This document shows positions 37,880-46,689 of a stretch of DNA of 64,000 bases, one piece after another. A model generated the notes under the pieces. It worked only from the letters and a program-made list of their open reading frames with translations. It was not told the DNA's origin and searched no databases. The stretch covers positions 256,001 through 320,000 of the forward strand of contig CBDCSU010000006.1 in assembly GCA_965221775.1 (NCBI GenBank), given 5' to 3'. The position numbers and the translations under genes are program-made. This stretch comes from Candidatus Latescibacterota bacterium. GTDB taxonomy: Bacteria > Latescibacterota > UBA2968 > UBA8231. How positions within the stretch are numbered: the first letter of the stretch is position 1; the number at the start of each line of letters is the position of its first letter.

Positions 37880-38984
37880 CGGGCCCGGCGAAGAGCTCGT
37901 CGGGCAGGATGCTGGCGGTCTCGACGGCGTGCCGGTGCTCGGGCAGCCCCTCGGTGGTGACCACGCCCAGGGCGGTGAAGCGCCCGCTCTCGCCGCTGGC
38001 GCCGCTGCGGTTGCCGCCGCTGTGCCCGCGCAGCCAGTCGGCGTCGATGACGCGCTCGCCCTTCCAGAGGCCGCGGGTGGCGTTGAGGTGCCCGAAGCGC
38101 GCCAGGTCGGAGGCGCTGATCACCACCCACCCGGGGCCGCTGCGGACGGCGTGGCCGCCGATCTCGTACGGCGGGTCGAGGTAGGTGTAGGTGTCGGGGA
38201 TCGTCGGGTAGAGGAACTTCCGCTCCTTGACCTCGCCCCCCGGCAGCCAGTCCCAGCGCCCGGCGGGGATGCCGATGGCGTCGAAGAGCCGCTCCTGCAC
38301 CACGTCCTTGAGGTCGCGGCCCCAGGCCGCGGTCAGGGCCTGCCCCAGGCGCCAGAAGCCGGCGCTGCTGTAGAGGCCCACGGTGCCCGGCTCGGCGTGG
38401 GAGTAGCAGTCGAAGAAGGGGTCCCCCGTCCACCTGGCCCACGCGGGCACGCCGGGGACGGCATCGGCCTCCTCCAGGCCGGTGCGCTTCTCGCGCCAGC
38501 GGTTGCCGATCTCGAAGGGGAACCCGCCCCAGTGCACGCTCTCGTCCCGCCGCCCCACCAGGTGGCGCCAGGTCAGCCGCTCGTGATGGCCGGCGGTGAG
38601 GTACTTGTGCGGATGAGAGAGCTGGCCCTCGCCGGTCCAGGTGCGGTGGATCGGCTCGTCCGGGTCGAGGAGCCCGTCGGCGGCCGCCGCGCCCAGGACC
38701 ACCCAGGTGAGGGCCTTGCCCACGGAGGCGGTCTGGTGCCGGTAGTGGCGGTCTCCCCAGGCGTGCACGAGGCAGCCGCCGCGAGTCAGGACGGCGCCGT
38801 AGCGATTGCCGCCGTGGTCCTCGCCCCCGAAGCGGGCGCCGCGCACCTCGAGCCCGGCCAGCCAGCGCGCGAACCCCTCCGGGTCGAGGCCGGCCTGCTC
38901 CGGCGTGACCTGCACCCAGTCCTCCTCCGGGTAGGTGACCCAGCCGGGCACCTCGACGGTGTGCGTGGGAGCGATGAGGTCCAT
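37857..38984 (-). CDS. Serine hydrolase, beta-lactamase-related family, no signal peptide
   Basis: ATG 38984 after GAGG. SVGK (SxxK), YSS, LFDAIGI, DLARFG, HSG. Confidence 0.82.
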   Translation of the reverse strand: MDLIAPTHTVEVPGWVTYPEEDWVQVTPEQAGLDPEGFARWLAGLEVRGARFGGEDHGGNRYGAVLTRGGCLVHAWGDRHYRHQTASVGKALTWVVLGAAAADGLLDPDEPIHRTWTGEGQLSHPHKYLTAGHHERLTWRHLVGRRDESVHWGGFPFEIGNRWREKRTGLEEADAVPGVPAWARWTGDPFFDCYSHAEPGTVGLYSSAGFWRLGQALTAAWGRDLKDVVQERLFDAIGIPAGRWDWLPGGEVKERKFLYPTIPDTYTYLDPPYEIGGHAVRSGPGWVVISASDLARFGHLNATRGLWKGERVIDADWLRGHSGGNRSGASGESGRFTALGVVTTEGLPEHRHAVETASILPDELFAGPVRPPATS

Positions 38985-39014
38985 GGGGGAAACCTCGTGT
39001 GCTGTCCGCCGCCG

Positions 39015-39044
39015 CCGCAAGCCGCGCGGGACCAGCCGGCGGGC
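39015..39044 (+). repeat. 30-bp direct repeat, left copy
   Basis: CCGCAAGCCGCGCGGGACCAGCCGGCGGGC, identical to 40196-40225. Confidence 0.95.
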
Positions 39045-39141
39045 TTGGGGAAAGGAAACCGTGGATCAAATGCGGGATCTGGTGCCGGCATGGTCGGGAA
39101 GCGGCTAATGTATCCGGATCTGACGAAGTAGGAGAGGAACT

Positions 39142-39261
39142 TCATCGCTCGGGCATCAGGACCACGTTCTTACCGCTGTCGTGGTCCTTCTCAAGGCGGT
39201 CCAGCTCTGCAATGTCGCTGAGGATCTTCTCGAGCCTCTCGATGTGTCCTTGGTCTGTCAT
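39142..39261 (-). CDS. 39-aa hypothetical peptide
   Basis: MTDQGHIERLEKILSDIAELDRLEKDHDSGKNVVLMPER. TGATG overlap with the upstream ORF and AAGGAAG RBS. Confidence 0.45.
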   Translation of the reverse strand: MTDQGHIERLEKILSDIAELDRLEKDHDSGKNVVLMPER

Positions 39262-39527
39262 CAGACTTCCTTTCCAGTAAGGGCGTGTTGGTTCTTCCTC
39301 GTGGAGCAGGGGCTTAGGTGGGCCGTCTCTTGCTCCATCCCTTCATGGCATACCGATCCAAGGACTGCAAGGGAAAGCTCGGAAAGCTCCCTTGCAGTCC
39401 CTTCCAGGCAGAGGACCGTCACGTACGGGTCCGGGTACTCCTGCGCCCGGAACAGACCTGACAGCTTGGTAAGGTTCGCCTCCGTCAAGTAGAGACTGCT
39501 GTTTTCCGTGCTGGCGTAGTGGTTCAC
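39261..39527 (-). CDS. 88-aa hypothetical protein in islet
   Basis: Track ORF with GTG start. Its stop overlaps the next ATG. No recognisable family. Confidence 0.4.
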   Translation of the reverse strand: MNHYASTENSSLYLTEANLTKLSGLFRAQEYPDPYVTVLCLEGTARELSELSLAVLGSVCHEGMEQETAHLSPCSTRKNQHALTGKEV

Positions 39528-39666
39528 TTGCGAGCTACACCCTTTGGTAGGTTGATATTGGCGGGTAGGGGTTACTGGAATGGATACAGCTACGATTAGG
39601 GCAGTTACTTCTCAGGATGGACATTACGCCTCCCTTCACCCGCATGGAACGTGAGTACGACCTGAT

Positions 39667-39697
39667 CCGACTCCAGCAGTGTTCCCGCTGGAGTCGG
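39667..39697. other. 11-bp perfect hairpin inside islet
   Basis: CCGACTCCAGC-agtgttccc-GCTGGAGTCGG. Confidence 0.55.
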
Positions 39698-39964
39698 GCG
39701 GTGTGTCAACATTCGCGCAGGGTACTGCGGGAAGGTCCCTACCTATTCACCAGGCACGGGGAGCTGCCTCATGCCGCTTGTATACTCGGCGGGTGAACTC
39801 TCCCTTCCGTCTACCTTCCCACTGGAAGGATCGGACTCTACATAAATCACACTGTGTAATTTCTGAGCTTGTCAGCAACCTTGTGGGTCAGGCGTGGATC
39901 TCAGCTAAGGACGGGCATGGGGTCTGCCCTTCCATCACTTGGAAGCTGGCGACAGTATGAAGGA

Positions 39965-40081
39965 CCTACTCTCTCTCCTCTATCTGCAGGGCCAGACTTT
40001 TCTCGGGATCTCGGCAAGATCCGGCAAGCATGCCTTGAAGGGCTCGGCGGCGTAGTTCCGCCAAGTGTCGCGCTCGTTCAT
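39965..40081 (-). pseudogene. Probable frameshifted phage-like small gene
   Basis: GGAGG-N8-ATG. Reads MNERDTWRNYAA and, after a one-base shift, ALQGMLAGSCRDPEKSLALQIEERE*. The unshifted frame stops at 39980. Confidence 0.35.
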
Positions 40082-40195
40082 GCGATTTTCCTCCAATAGC
40101 TTGGTTCCAGGCTTCCAGTATGGGAAGCCGTGGTTTCTTCCCGACGATAGGGATTTAATGTGCAGTAGTCAAGACGCGCTGGTTTATCCACAATC

Positions 40196-40225
40196 CCGCA
40201 AGCCGCGCGGGACCAGCCGGCGGGC
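40196..40225 (+). repeat. 30-bp direct repeat, right copy, followed by a partial third copy at 40242-40260
   Basis: Identical to 39015-39044. GCCGCCGCAAGCCGCGCGG at 40242-40260 equals 39011-39029. Confidence 0.95.
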
Positions 40226-40428
40226 GTTACCCCGGTTGGTGGCCGCCGCAAGCCGCGCGGACCCGATCCGCAGCCGCTCCAGGTCGGGCGGGTTCGCGTC
40301 GCCGCATTGTCACCGCCACAGGCCGGGCGCGCCCCCGGCCGCGGGCGTTGTCCCGGGTCGCGGCACGGGCCTACACTTCCCGCGCCGGCCGGGATCGCTC
40401 CGGCGGGCCTGACCCTCGAGACGAATAG

Positions 40429-41226
40429 ATGCCCTCCACCCCTCTGAACACCGATCCCGCGCGCTTCGCCGAGCTGGGCTACTGCCTCTTTCCGGACGTC
40501 CTGACCGCGGCCGAGGCCGGGGATCTGCGGGCCATGCTGGAGGAGGCCCTGGCGACGCCGCTGCCGCAGCCCTCCGGCCGCGCCCTGGACCGCGACAGCT
40601 ACGTGGGTGAGCCCCACGTGAGGGACCTGCGCTGGCTGGACCTCTGCCGCCACCCGCGGGTGCTCGACGCCGTCGAGTCGGTCCTCGGGCCGAACCTGGT
40701 CCTGGTCTACTCCTCCGTCTTCATCAAGCAGCCCGGCTCCCCGGTGAAGGTGGGCTGGCACCAGGACAACACCTACTGGCCCAGCGTCCACGGCACCGAC
40801 GTCGTCACCCTGTGGCTCGCCGTCGACGACGCCGACGCATGCAACAGCGCCATGAAGGTCATCCCCGGCTCCCACCGCGGCTGGCGCGAGCTGGAGACCG
40901 TCGACTCCGGCGACGACCAGATGCTCCGGCGCAGCGTGCCCGTTTCCCCGGAGCAGGAGGCCTCGGCGGTGACCCTGGAGATGGGCGCCGGCAGCCTGTC
41001 GATCCACGACTCCTTCATCCTCCACGGCAGCGACGCCAACGGCAGCGGCCGGAGGCGCGCTGGATACACCGTCCGCTACTGCAGCACCGACAGCGCCTGG
41101 GTCGACGTGGACAGCCATCCCCACCGCGTCTTCCTGGTGCGCGGCGGGGCCGGCTCCAGGGGCGATGGCTACACCAGCCTGCTCCCCGGCGTGGAGGCCA
41201 CCGCGGAGCTGCTGATCGAGTCATGA
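40429..41226 (+). CDS. PhyH-family dioxygenase
   Basis: FIKQP, WHQD, MKVIPGSH, ILHGSDAN...RRAG. Confidence 0.92.
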   Translation: MPSTPLNTDPARFAELGYCLFPDVLTAAEAGDLRAMLEEALATPLPQPSGRALDRDSYVGEPHVRDLRWLDLCRHPRVLDAVESVLGPNLVLVYSSVFIKQPGSPVKVGWHQDNTYWPSVHGTDVVTLWLAVDDADACNSAMKVIPGSHRGWRELETVDSGDDQMLRRSVPVSPEQEASAVTLEMGAGSLSIHDSFILHGSDANGSGRRRAGYTVRYCSTDSAWVDVDSHPHRVFLVRGGAGSRGDGYTSLLPGVEATAELLIES

Positions 41227-42851
41227 GAGGCGGCGACCTCCTCATCGAGTGCCTGAGAGCGCAGGGCGTGCGCTGCATCTTCGGCATGCCGGGCACCCAG
41301 AACCTGCAGATCTACGACTCCCTGCTGCGCCGCGGCGCCGGCGCCATCGACCACTACCTGGTCCGCCACGAGTACGGCGCCACGGTGATGGCCGACGGCT
41401 ACGCCCGCGCCGGCGGCGACGTGGGCGTCGCCCTCACCGTGCCCGGCCCCGGCGCCAGCAACGCCTCCACCGGGCTGCTGCAGGCCTACACCGACTGCGT
41501 CCCCGTGCTCCTGATCACGGGCCAGCACGACTCGCGGCACTACGGGCGCGATCCCGCCAAGCTGTTCCACGGCCTCGACCAGATGTCCTTCTTCGAGCCC
41601 ATCACCCGCTACCGGGAGATCGCCCGCACCGCCGCCGACATCCCGCGCGTGGTGGAGCAGGCCTTCCGCGTCCTGCGGGCGCCGCGGCCCGGGACGGCGA
41701 TGCTGGAGTTCCCCCAGGACGCGGTCACCGGGCCGGCGGACGGACTGGAGGTCCCGGACCGCGTGCCCTCGCTTTCCGCCGGGACTCCCGACGAGGCGCT
41801 GCTGCGCGAGGCGGCCCGGAGTCTGGGAGCTGCCTCGCGGCCGGTGCTGCTGGCCGGCAACGCCGTGATCACGGGGCGGGCCCGGGAACAACTGCGGGCC
41901 CTGGCCGAGAAGCTCCGGGCGCCGGTGGTGGCGACCCGCCGCGGCAAGGGCGCCCTGCCCGAGGACCACGAGCTGGCCCTGCTCGACATCCGCGGCTACC
42001 TGGCGCGGCAGGCGGTGGAGGCCGCCGACTGCACCCTCGCCGTGGGCTGCCGCTTCACCTCCATCGACACCAGCCAGTGGGAGTGCCGCTTCCCGCGGCC
42101 CCTGATCCAGCTCGATCCCGAGGCCGGTGAGATCGGCCGCGAGTACGACTGCGACATCGGGATCGCCGGGGACCTGCGCCTCAGCCTGCGGAGCCTGTGC
42201 GAACAGGTGCCCGGGGGCGGCGGCGAGTGGATGCCGCTGCTGGAGACCTGGCGCCGGCGGTTCGCGGCGCAGCCGCCGCTGCCGCTGCTGCCCGAGATCC
42301 GCGAGGTCCTGCCCGACGACGGCATCCTCTCCGTGGACGTCCACGGCATCGGCTACTCGGCCTTCGCCGAGTATCCCGTCCGCGACCCCGAGAGCTTCCT
42401 CTACCCCTGCATCGGCGTCTCCCTGGGCCACGCCTTCCCCGCCGCCCTCGGGGCGCGGCTGGCGCGGCCCGACCGGCCCGTGGTCTGCTTCTCCGGGGAC
42501 GGCGGCTTCCTCATGGGCAGCTTCGAGCTGGCCACCGCCGTGCGCTACGGCATCGACGTGACCATCGTCATCGTCAACGACTCGGCCCTGACCGCGATCA
42601 AGGGCTCCCAGCTGCGCGACTGCGAGGGCCGCACCATCGACACGGAGCTGACCAACCCCGACTTCGTGGCCTTCGCCCGCTCCTTCGGGATCCACGCCGA
42701 GAAGGTCTCCGACCTCGGCGGCTTCCGGCCCGCCCTGGAGCGGGCCATGGCCGCCGCCGGACCGTCCCTGGTGGAGGTCGAGATGAGCGGCCGCCAGGAC
42801 GAGATCATGAGCTGGGTCACCTGGCTGCGGGAGGACCCTCTGCGGGAGTGA
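41223..42851 (+). CDS. Thiamine-pyrophosphate-dependent enzyme (acetolactate-synthase-large-subunit-like fold)
   Basis: ATGA overlap with PhyH. IFGMPG, RHE, GPGASN, GDGGFLM...VND, NPDF. Confidence 0.93.
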   Translation: MRGGDLLIECLRAQGVRCIFGMPGTQNLQIYDSLLRRGAGAIDHYLVRHEYGATVMADGYARAGGDVGVALTVPGPGASNASTGLLQAYTDCVPVLLITGQHDSRHYGRDPAKLFHGLDQMSFFEPITRYREIARTAADIPRVVEQAFRVLRAPRPGTAMLEFPQDAVTGPADGLEVPDRVPSLSAGTPDEALLREAARSLGAASRPVLLAGNAVITGRAREQLRALAEKLRAPVVATRRGKGALPEDHELALLDIRGYLARQAVEAADCTLAVGCRFTSIDTSQWECRFPRPLIQLDPEAGEIGREYDCDIGIAGDLRLSLRSLCEQVPGGGGEWMPLLETWRRRFAAQPPLPLLPEIREVLPDDGILSVDVHGIGYSAFAEYPVRDPESFLYPCIGVSLGHAFPAALGARLARPDRPVVCFSGDGGFLMGSFELATAVRYGIDVTIVIVNDSALTAIKGSQLRDCEGRTIDTELTNPDFVAFARSFGIHAEKVSDLGGFRPALERAMAAAGPSLVEVEMSGRQDEIMSWVTWLREDPLRE

Positions 42852-43293
42852 GGTCGAGGCGCGGGGCGTAGGCCGCCTCCGGGACGCACCACACCGCCGG
42901 CCACCGCCCGACTCCTCGCTCGATCCCCTCTCCCTGATCCTGCCCTCATCAGCTCCCGCCCGGGCAGGCCCCGGGCGCCGGGCCCTGCCGCCCCCAAGCT
43001 CCGCGGCCGTGGCCGGTCCCTTGAAGGACAGGCGGCCGAGGTGCTGGCAGGCCGTCCTTCAGCACCACCCGCCCTTGGCGGGACCGGCGGCCCCAGGCTT
43101 GGCCCCTGGCACCACGGCCCGCAGGAATCCACCGCCAGGCCCCGCGCCCCTGTCCTCCCCCCTCGCCCCACCGGTCCCGCGAAGGAGCCGCGGCCCAGGC
43201 ACCGGCAGCCGCCCGACTTCCCCGGCTGCAGCCGGACCCCCCGAGACCGTGGCCGAGTTGCACCGCACCGCAGCCCCCGTCGCCCCATCGTTC

Positions 43294-43314
43294 CTCCGAC
43301 CTCCGACCTCCGAC
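43294..43314 (+). repeat. Tandem heptamer (CTCCGAC)x3
   Basis: ctccgac ctccgac ctccgac followed by a C run, just upstream of the putative activator sites. Confidence 0.6.
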
Positions 43315-43324
43315 CCCCCCGGAT

Positions 43325-43362
43325 TGTCCAGAATCGGAAAGGCCGCTGTTCGAAAGCGGACA
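43325..43362 (+). promoter_or_regulatory. Two tandem 16-bp imperfect palindromes, putative upstream activator sites for the NtrC-family regulator
   Basis: TGTCCagaatcGGAAA (43325-43340) and TGTTCgaaagcGGACA (43347-43362). Consensus TGTCC-N6-GGACA, centres 22 bp apart. Confidence 0.7.
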
Positions 43363-43414
43363 CACCCGTGGCCGCCACGGCCCGCAATCGCCCCGCAACA
43401 GCCGCTGTGCCGCC

Positions 43415-43429
43415 TGGCACGGGATTTGT
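43415..43429 (+). promoter_or_regulatory. Sigma-54 (-24/-12) promoter
   Basis: TGGCACGGGATTTGT = TGGCACG-N4-TTG(T), GG-N10-GT spacing. The operon encodes its own sigma-54 activator. Confidence 0.75.
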
Positions 43430-43443
43430 TCAAGGAGCTTCCC

Positions 43444-44721
43444 ATGGACGAGCAGACCTCAAACAACCCCATGGACCGGCCGGTGGACCCGACCTTCCAG
43501 CGGCGCCGGCGCCTCAAGCGCATCGCCGTCTCGGCGGCGGGGCTGGCGGCGGCGGTCTGGCTCTTCCTGTGGCTCCCCGGGCTCATCCGGCCGTCGGTGG
43601 ACGCCGACCGCATCCGCACGGCCACGGTGGAGCGCGGGCCGGTGGAGGAGACGATCACCGCCTCGGGCACGATCGTGCCCGAGTTCGAGCAGATCCTCTT
43701 CAGCCCCATCGACACGCGCCTGCTGCGCATCCTGGAGAAGCCGGGCGCCGTGCTGCGCAAGGGACAGCCCGTGGTCGAGCTGGACCTGAACCCGGCGCGC
43801 CTCGAGGTCGAGAAGCGGGCCGAGGAGCTGGCCCTGAAGCGGAACCGCCGGACCCAGCTGGAGCTGGACGAACGCCAGCGGCTGAGCGACCTGGACACGC
43901 ACTGGCGCCTGAAGAAGCTCGACCTGCAGCGCCTGCAGACCCGGGTCGATCAGTACGTGGAGCTGCAGGAGATCGGCGCCGTCTCCCAGGAGGAGTTCAG
44001 CCAGGTGCAGTTGGAGGCGCAGCGCACCGGGATCGAGCTGCGCCAGATCGAGGAGGACCGCAGCAACCTGCTGGAATCCACCCAGGCCCAGGTGGAGGCG
44101 TTGGAGGTGGAGATGAAGAGCCTGGAGCGCGAGGGCGAGGAGGCCCGCCGGCGTCTGGAGCGGGCCCGCGTCCTGGCCGACCGGGACGGCGTCCTCACCG
44201 CGGTCTCACCCGTCGTGGGCGCCCCCATCCGCCAGGGCGAGGAGATCGCCCGCATCGCCGACCTCAGCTCCTTCCGCGCCGACGTCACCGTCTCCGACCT
44301 CCACGCCCGCCGCCTCGCCACCGGGCTGCCGGTGCGCCTGCGCATCGACGAGGAGACCTTCGTCAGCGGCCGCGTCGCCCGCATCCTGCCCACGGTGGAC
44401 AACAACATCATCACTCTCGAGGTGGAGCTGGAGGACTCGGCACACGCCTTGCTCAGACCCAACCAGCGGGTCGACGCCTACATCGTCACCGCCCGCAAGG
44501 ACCAGGCCCTGCGCCTCAAGCGGGGGCCCTTCATCGCCGGCGGCGCGGGCCTGCACGAGGTCTTCGTCATCCACGGAGGCACGGCGGTGAAGACCGGGAT
44601 CCGCGTCGGCATCGCCAGCTTCGAGCACTACGAAGTGGTGGAAGGACTCCTCGAAGGCGACGAGGTGATCATCTCCAGCATGAAGGACTACCTGCACCTG
44701 GACGAGGTCCAGATCAAGTAA
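43444..44721 (+). CDS. HlyD/MacA-type periplasmic adaptor
   Basis: N-terminal TM, TATVERGPVEETITASG, coiled-coil hairpin, LRPNQRVD, GLLEGDEVI. Alternative start ATG 43471 (MDRPV). Confidence 0.92.
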   Translation: MDEQTSNNPMDRPVDPTFQRRRRLKRIAVSAAGLAAAVWLFLWLPGLIRPSVDADRIRTATVERGPVEETITASGTIVPEFEQILFSPIDTRLLRILEKPGAVLRKGQPVVELDLNPARLEVEKRAEELALKRNRRTQLELDERQRLSDLDTHWRLKKLDLQRLQTRVDQYVELQEIGAVSQEEFSQVQLEAQRTGIELRQIEEDRSNLLESTQAQVEALEVEMKSLEREGEEARRRLERARVLADRDGVLTAVSPVVGAPIRQGEEIARIADLSSFRADVTVSDLHARRLATGLPVRLRIDEETFVSGRVARILPTVDNNIITLEVELEDSAHALLRPNQRVDAYIVTARKDQALRLKRGPFIAGGAGLHEVFVIHGGTAVKTGIRVGIASFEHYEVVEGLLEGDEVIISSMKDYLHLDEVQIK

Positions 44722-44732
44722 AGGAGGCAGCC

Positions 44733-45398
44733 GTGATCCAGCTCGATGGCATCGAGAAGGTGTACCGCACCGACAAGATCGAGACCCTGGCCTTGAGCAA
44801 CATCAACCTCACCGTCGACGCCGGGGAGTTCATCTCGATCATGGGGCCCTCGGGCTCGGGCAAGAGCACCCTGCTCAACGTCATGGGCCTGCTCGACGAA
44901 CCGTCCGCGGGCGACGTGAGCCTCAACGGGCGTCACATCAACTCCTACGCCGACCGCTACCTGGCCCGCATCCGCAACGAGGAGGTGGGCTTCATCTTCC
45001 AGACCTTCCACCTCATCGCCGACCTGAACGTGGTGGACAACGTCGAGATCCCCCTCCTCTACCGCCGCGGCCTGTCGGGCAAGGAGCGGCGGCAGATGGC
45101 CCTGGAGGCGCTGGAGCGGGTCGGCCTCGGCTCGCGGGTGCGCCACTTCCCGTCGCAGCTGTCGGGCGGCCAGCAGCAGCGCGTGGCCGTGGCCCGGGCG
45201 ATCGTCGGCAAGCCGCGGATCCTGCTCGCCGACGAGCCCACGGGCAACCTCGACAGCCGCATGGGCGACGAGATCATGGCCATCCTGCGGCAGCTCAACG
45301 ACGAGGGCGCCACCATCGTCATGGTGACCCACGACCAGCGCCTGGCGGAGACCACCGAACGAACGGTCCGCCTCTTCGACGGCCGCCAGGTCGAGTGA
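44733..45398 (+). CDS. ABC transporter ATP-binding protein, LolD/MacB-NBD type
   Basis: GTG after [40 protein letters not shown]. Confidence 0.97.
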   Translation: MIQLDGIEKVYRTDKIETLALSNINLTVDAGEFISIMGPSGSGKSTLLNVMGLLDEPSAGDVSLNGRHINSYADRYLARIRNEEVGFIFQTFHLIADLNVVDNVEIPLLYRRGLSGKERRQMALEALERVGLGSRVRHFPSQLSGGQQQRVAVARAIVGKPRILLADEPTGNLDSRMGDEIMAILRQLNDEGATIVMVTHDQRLAETTERTVRLFDGRQVE

Positions 45399-45405
45399 GG
45401 ACGGC

Positions 45406-46689
45406 ATGCTGAGGAACTACCTCAAGGTCGCCCTCAAGGTGTTCTGGCGGCACAAGTACTTCACCGTGGTGAACCTCCTGGGGATCTGCTCCACGCTGGT
45501 CGCGGCGATTGTCGCGGCGATGATCCTCGATATGGAGATCGGGGAGGTGACAGGAAACGCTCCGCCGGAGATCCACAACGACCGAACTCTGCATCTCTCG
45601 AGAGTAGTGGTCGGAGATCGCAGCCGGGACTTCTCCCATGGGCGGGGTATATGGCCCATATCGCCTGCCTACGCGTTTCTGGACCGCTATGTGCGGCCCC
45701 TCGAGACCGCGGAGAACGTGACCATCTTCTCTCGTTCAGAGACTCGGGGGTTGCACGGTGGCGCAGAGGAAGCCGGCGTGGAAGTGCGATCGACCGACGG
45801 CGCTTTCTGGGAGGTCTTCAGCTTCGACTTCATCCAGGGCGGTCCCTACACGGAAGCCGAAGTCGACGCCGGCGCTTCCGTCGCCGTCATCAGCGACCGC
45901 TTTGCCAGGCGGTTCTTCGGATCGAGCGAGGCCGTGGGAAAGAGCGTGCCTCTCGACGGGCGGGCTCACCGCGTCGCCGGGGTGGTCTCCCCCGGCCGCA
46001 GCCGGAGAGTGAGCATCCGGACCGACGTATGGGTGCCGGTGACTACGGCGCCAGCCGGGAAGTGGCGTCCCTACCGGCTGAGGGACGGGGGCGGATTCAG
46101 CGCCGCGGTGCTGGCGCCGCGGCCGGAGGACAGGGAGCGCGTACGGGCGGAATTCGCCGCCGTGCTGCCGCGGGTAGAGCCGGCGGAAGCGGATACTCTG
46201 CTGTCCGCCCCGCTCCTCACCGCCTTCGAGGAATGGGTGCTCGCGGAAGAATGGCGGCGACTCGCCGAGGGGCCTTCGGCCATTGCCGGCATCGTGCTGC
46301 GAACCGTACTGATCGGCGCCGGCGTGGTGCTGCTGGTACTGGCGTTTCCCGTTCTGCACCTGGTCAACATCAACATCAGCCGCATCGAGGAGCGCGCCGG
46401 CGAGATCGGAGTCCGCAAGGCCTTCGGCGGTTCGTCGCGGGCCCTCGTGGGGCAGTTCATCGCCGAGAACGTACTGCTCACGCTGGTGGGCGCGTTGCTC
46501 AGCCTGCTCCTCAGCCTGGGCCTGTTGGTACACTCCGCTCCGGGCACCCTCGACATTCTGCTGATGCTGCGCATCTTCGCCTACAGCATCCTGTGCGCCG
46601 TGCTCTTCGGCGCCCTGTCCGGCGCCTATCCGGCCTGGAGAATGGCGCGCCTGCATCCGGTGCAGGCCCTGACCGGGAGGAGCACATGA
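45406..46689 (+). CDS. MacB/FtsX-family ABC permease, type A copy 1
   Basis: [48 protein letters not shown]. Confidence 0.93.
   Translation: MLRNYLKVALKVFWRHKYFTVVNLLGICSTLVAAIVAAMILDMEIGEVTGNAPPEIHNDRTLHLSRVVVGDRSRDFSHGRGIWPISPAYAFLDRYVRPLETAENVTIFSRSETRGLHGGAEEAGVEVRSTDGAFWEVFSFDFIQGGPYTEAEVDAGASVAVISDRFARRFFGSSEAVGKSVPLDGRAHRVAGVVSPGRSRRVSIRTDVWVPVTTAPAGKWRPYRLRDGGGFSAAVLAPRPEDRERVRAEFAAVLPRVEPAEADTLLSAPLLTAFEEWVLAEEWRRLAEGPSAIAGIVLRTVLIGAGVVLLVLAFPVLHLVNINISRIEERAGEIGVRKAFGGSSRALVGQFIAENVLLTLVGALLSLLLSLGLLVHSAPGTLDILLMLRIFAYSILCAVLFGALSGAYPAWRMARLHPVQALTGRST

Larger units (their letters stand above)
39015..40225. mobile_element. Small low-GC islet bounded by 30-bp direct repeats, probable degenerate integrated element
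   Basis: GC counted at 47-48% in lines 39541-39600 and 39841-39900 versus 73% in flank 38881-38940. Composition shifts at the repeats. Only short ORFs inside, no recombinase. Confidence 0.65.

Noticed and set aside
38786-39145. 119-aa ORF MKFLSYFVRSGY crossing the left repeat
   Set aside because: Its ATG overlaps the upstream stop, but it runs out of the islet and overlaps the serine hydrolase in another frame. At best a truncated remnant, so not called a CDS.
39011-40264. CRISPR array from the 30-bp repeats
   Set aside because: Only two full copies 1.15 kb apart plus a partial one about 20 nt later. No regular spacers and no cas genes.
42852-43290. ORFs in the long GC-rich intergenic region before the ABC operon
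   Set aside because: Low-complexity Pro/Arg/Gly translations in all frames, no RBS or motif. A ncRNA cannot be excluded but none was recognised.
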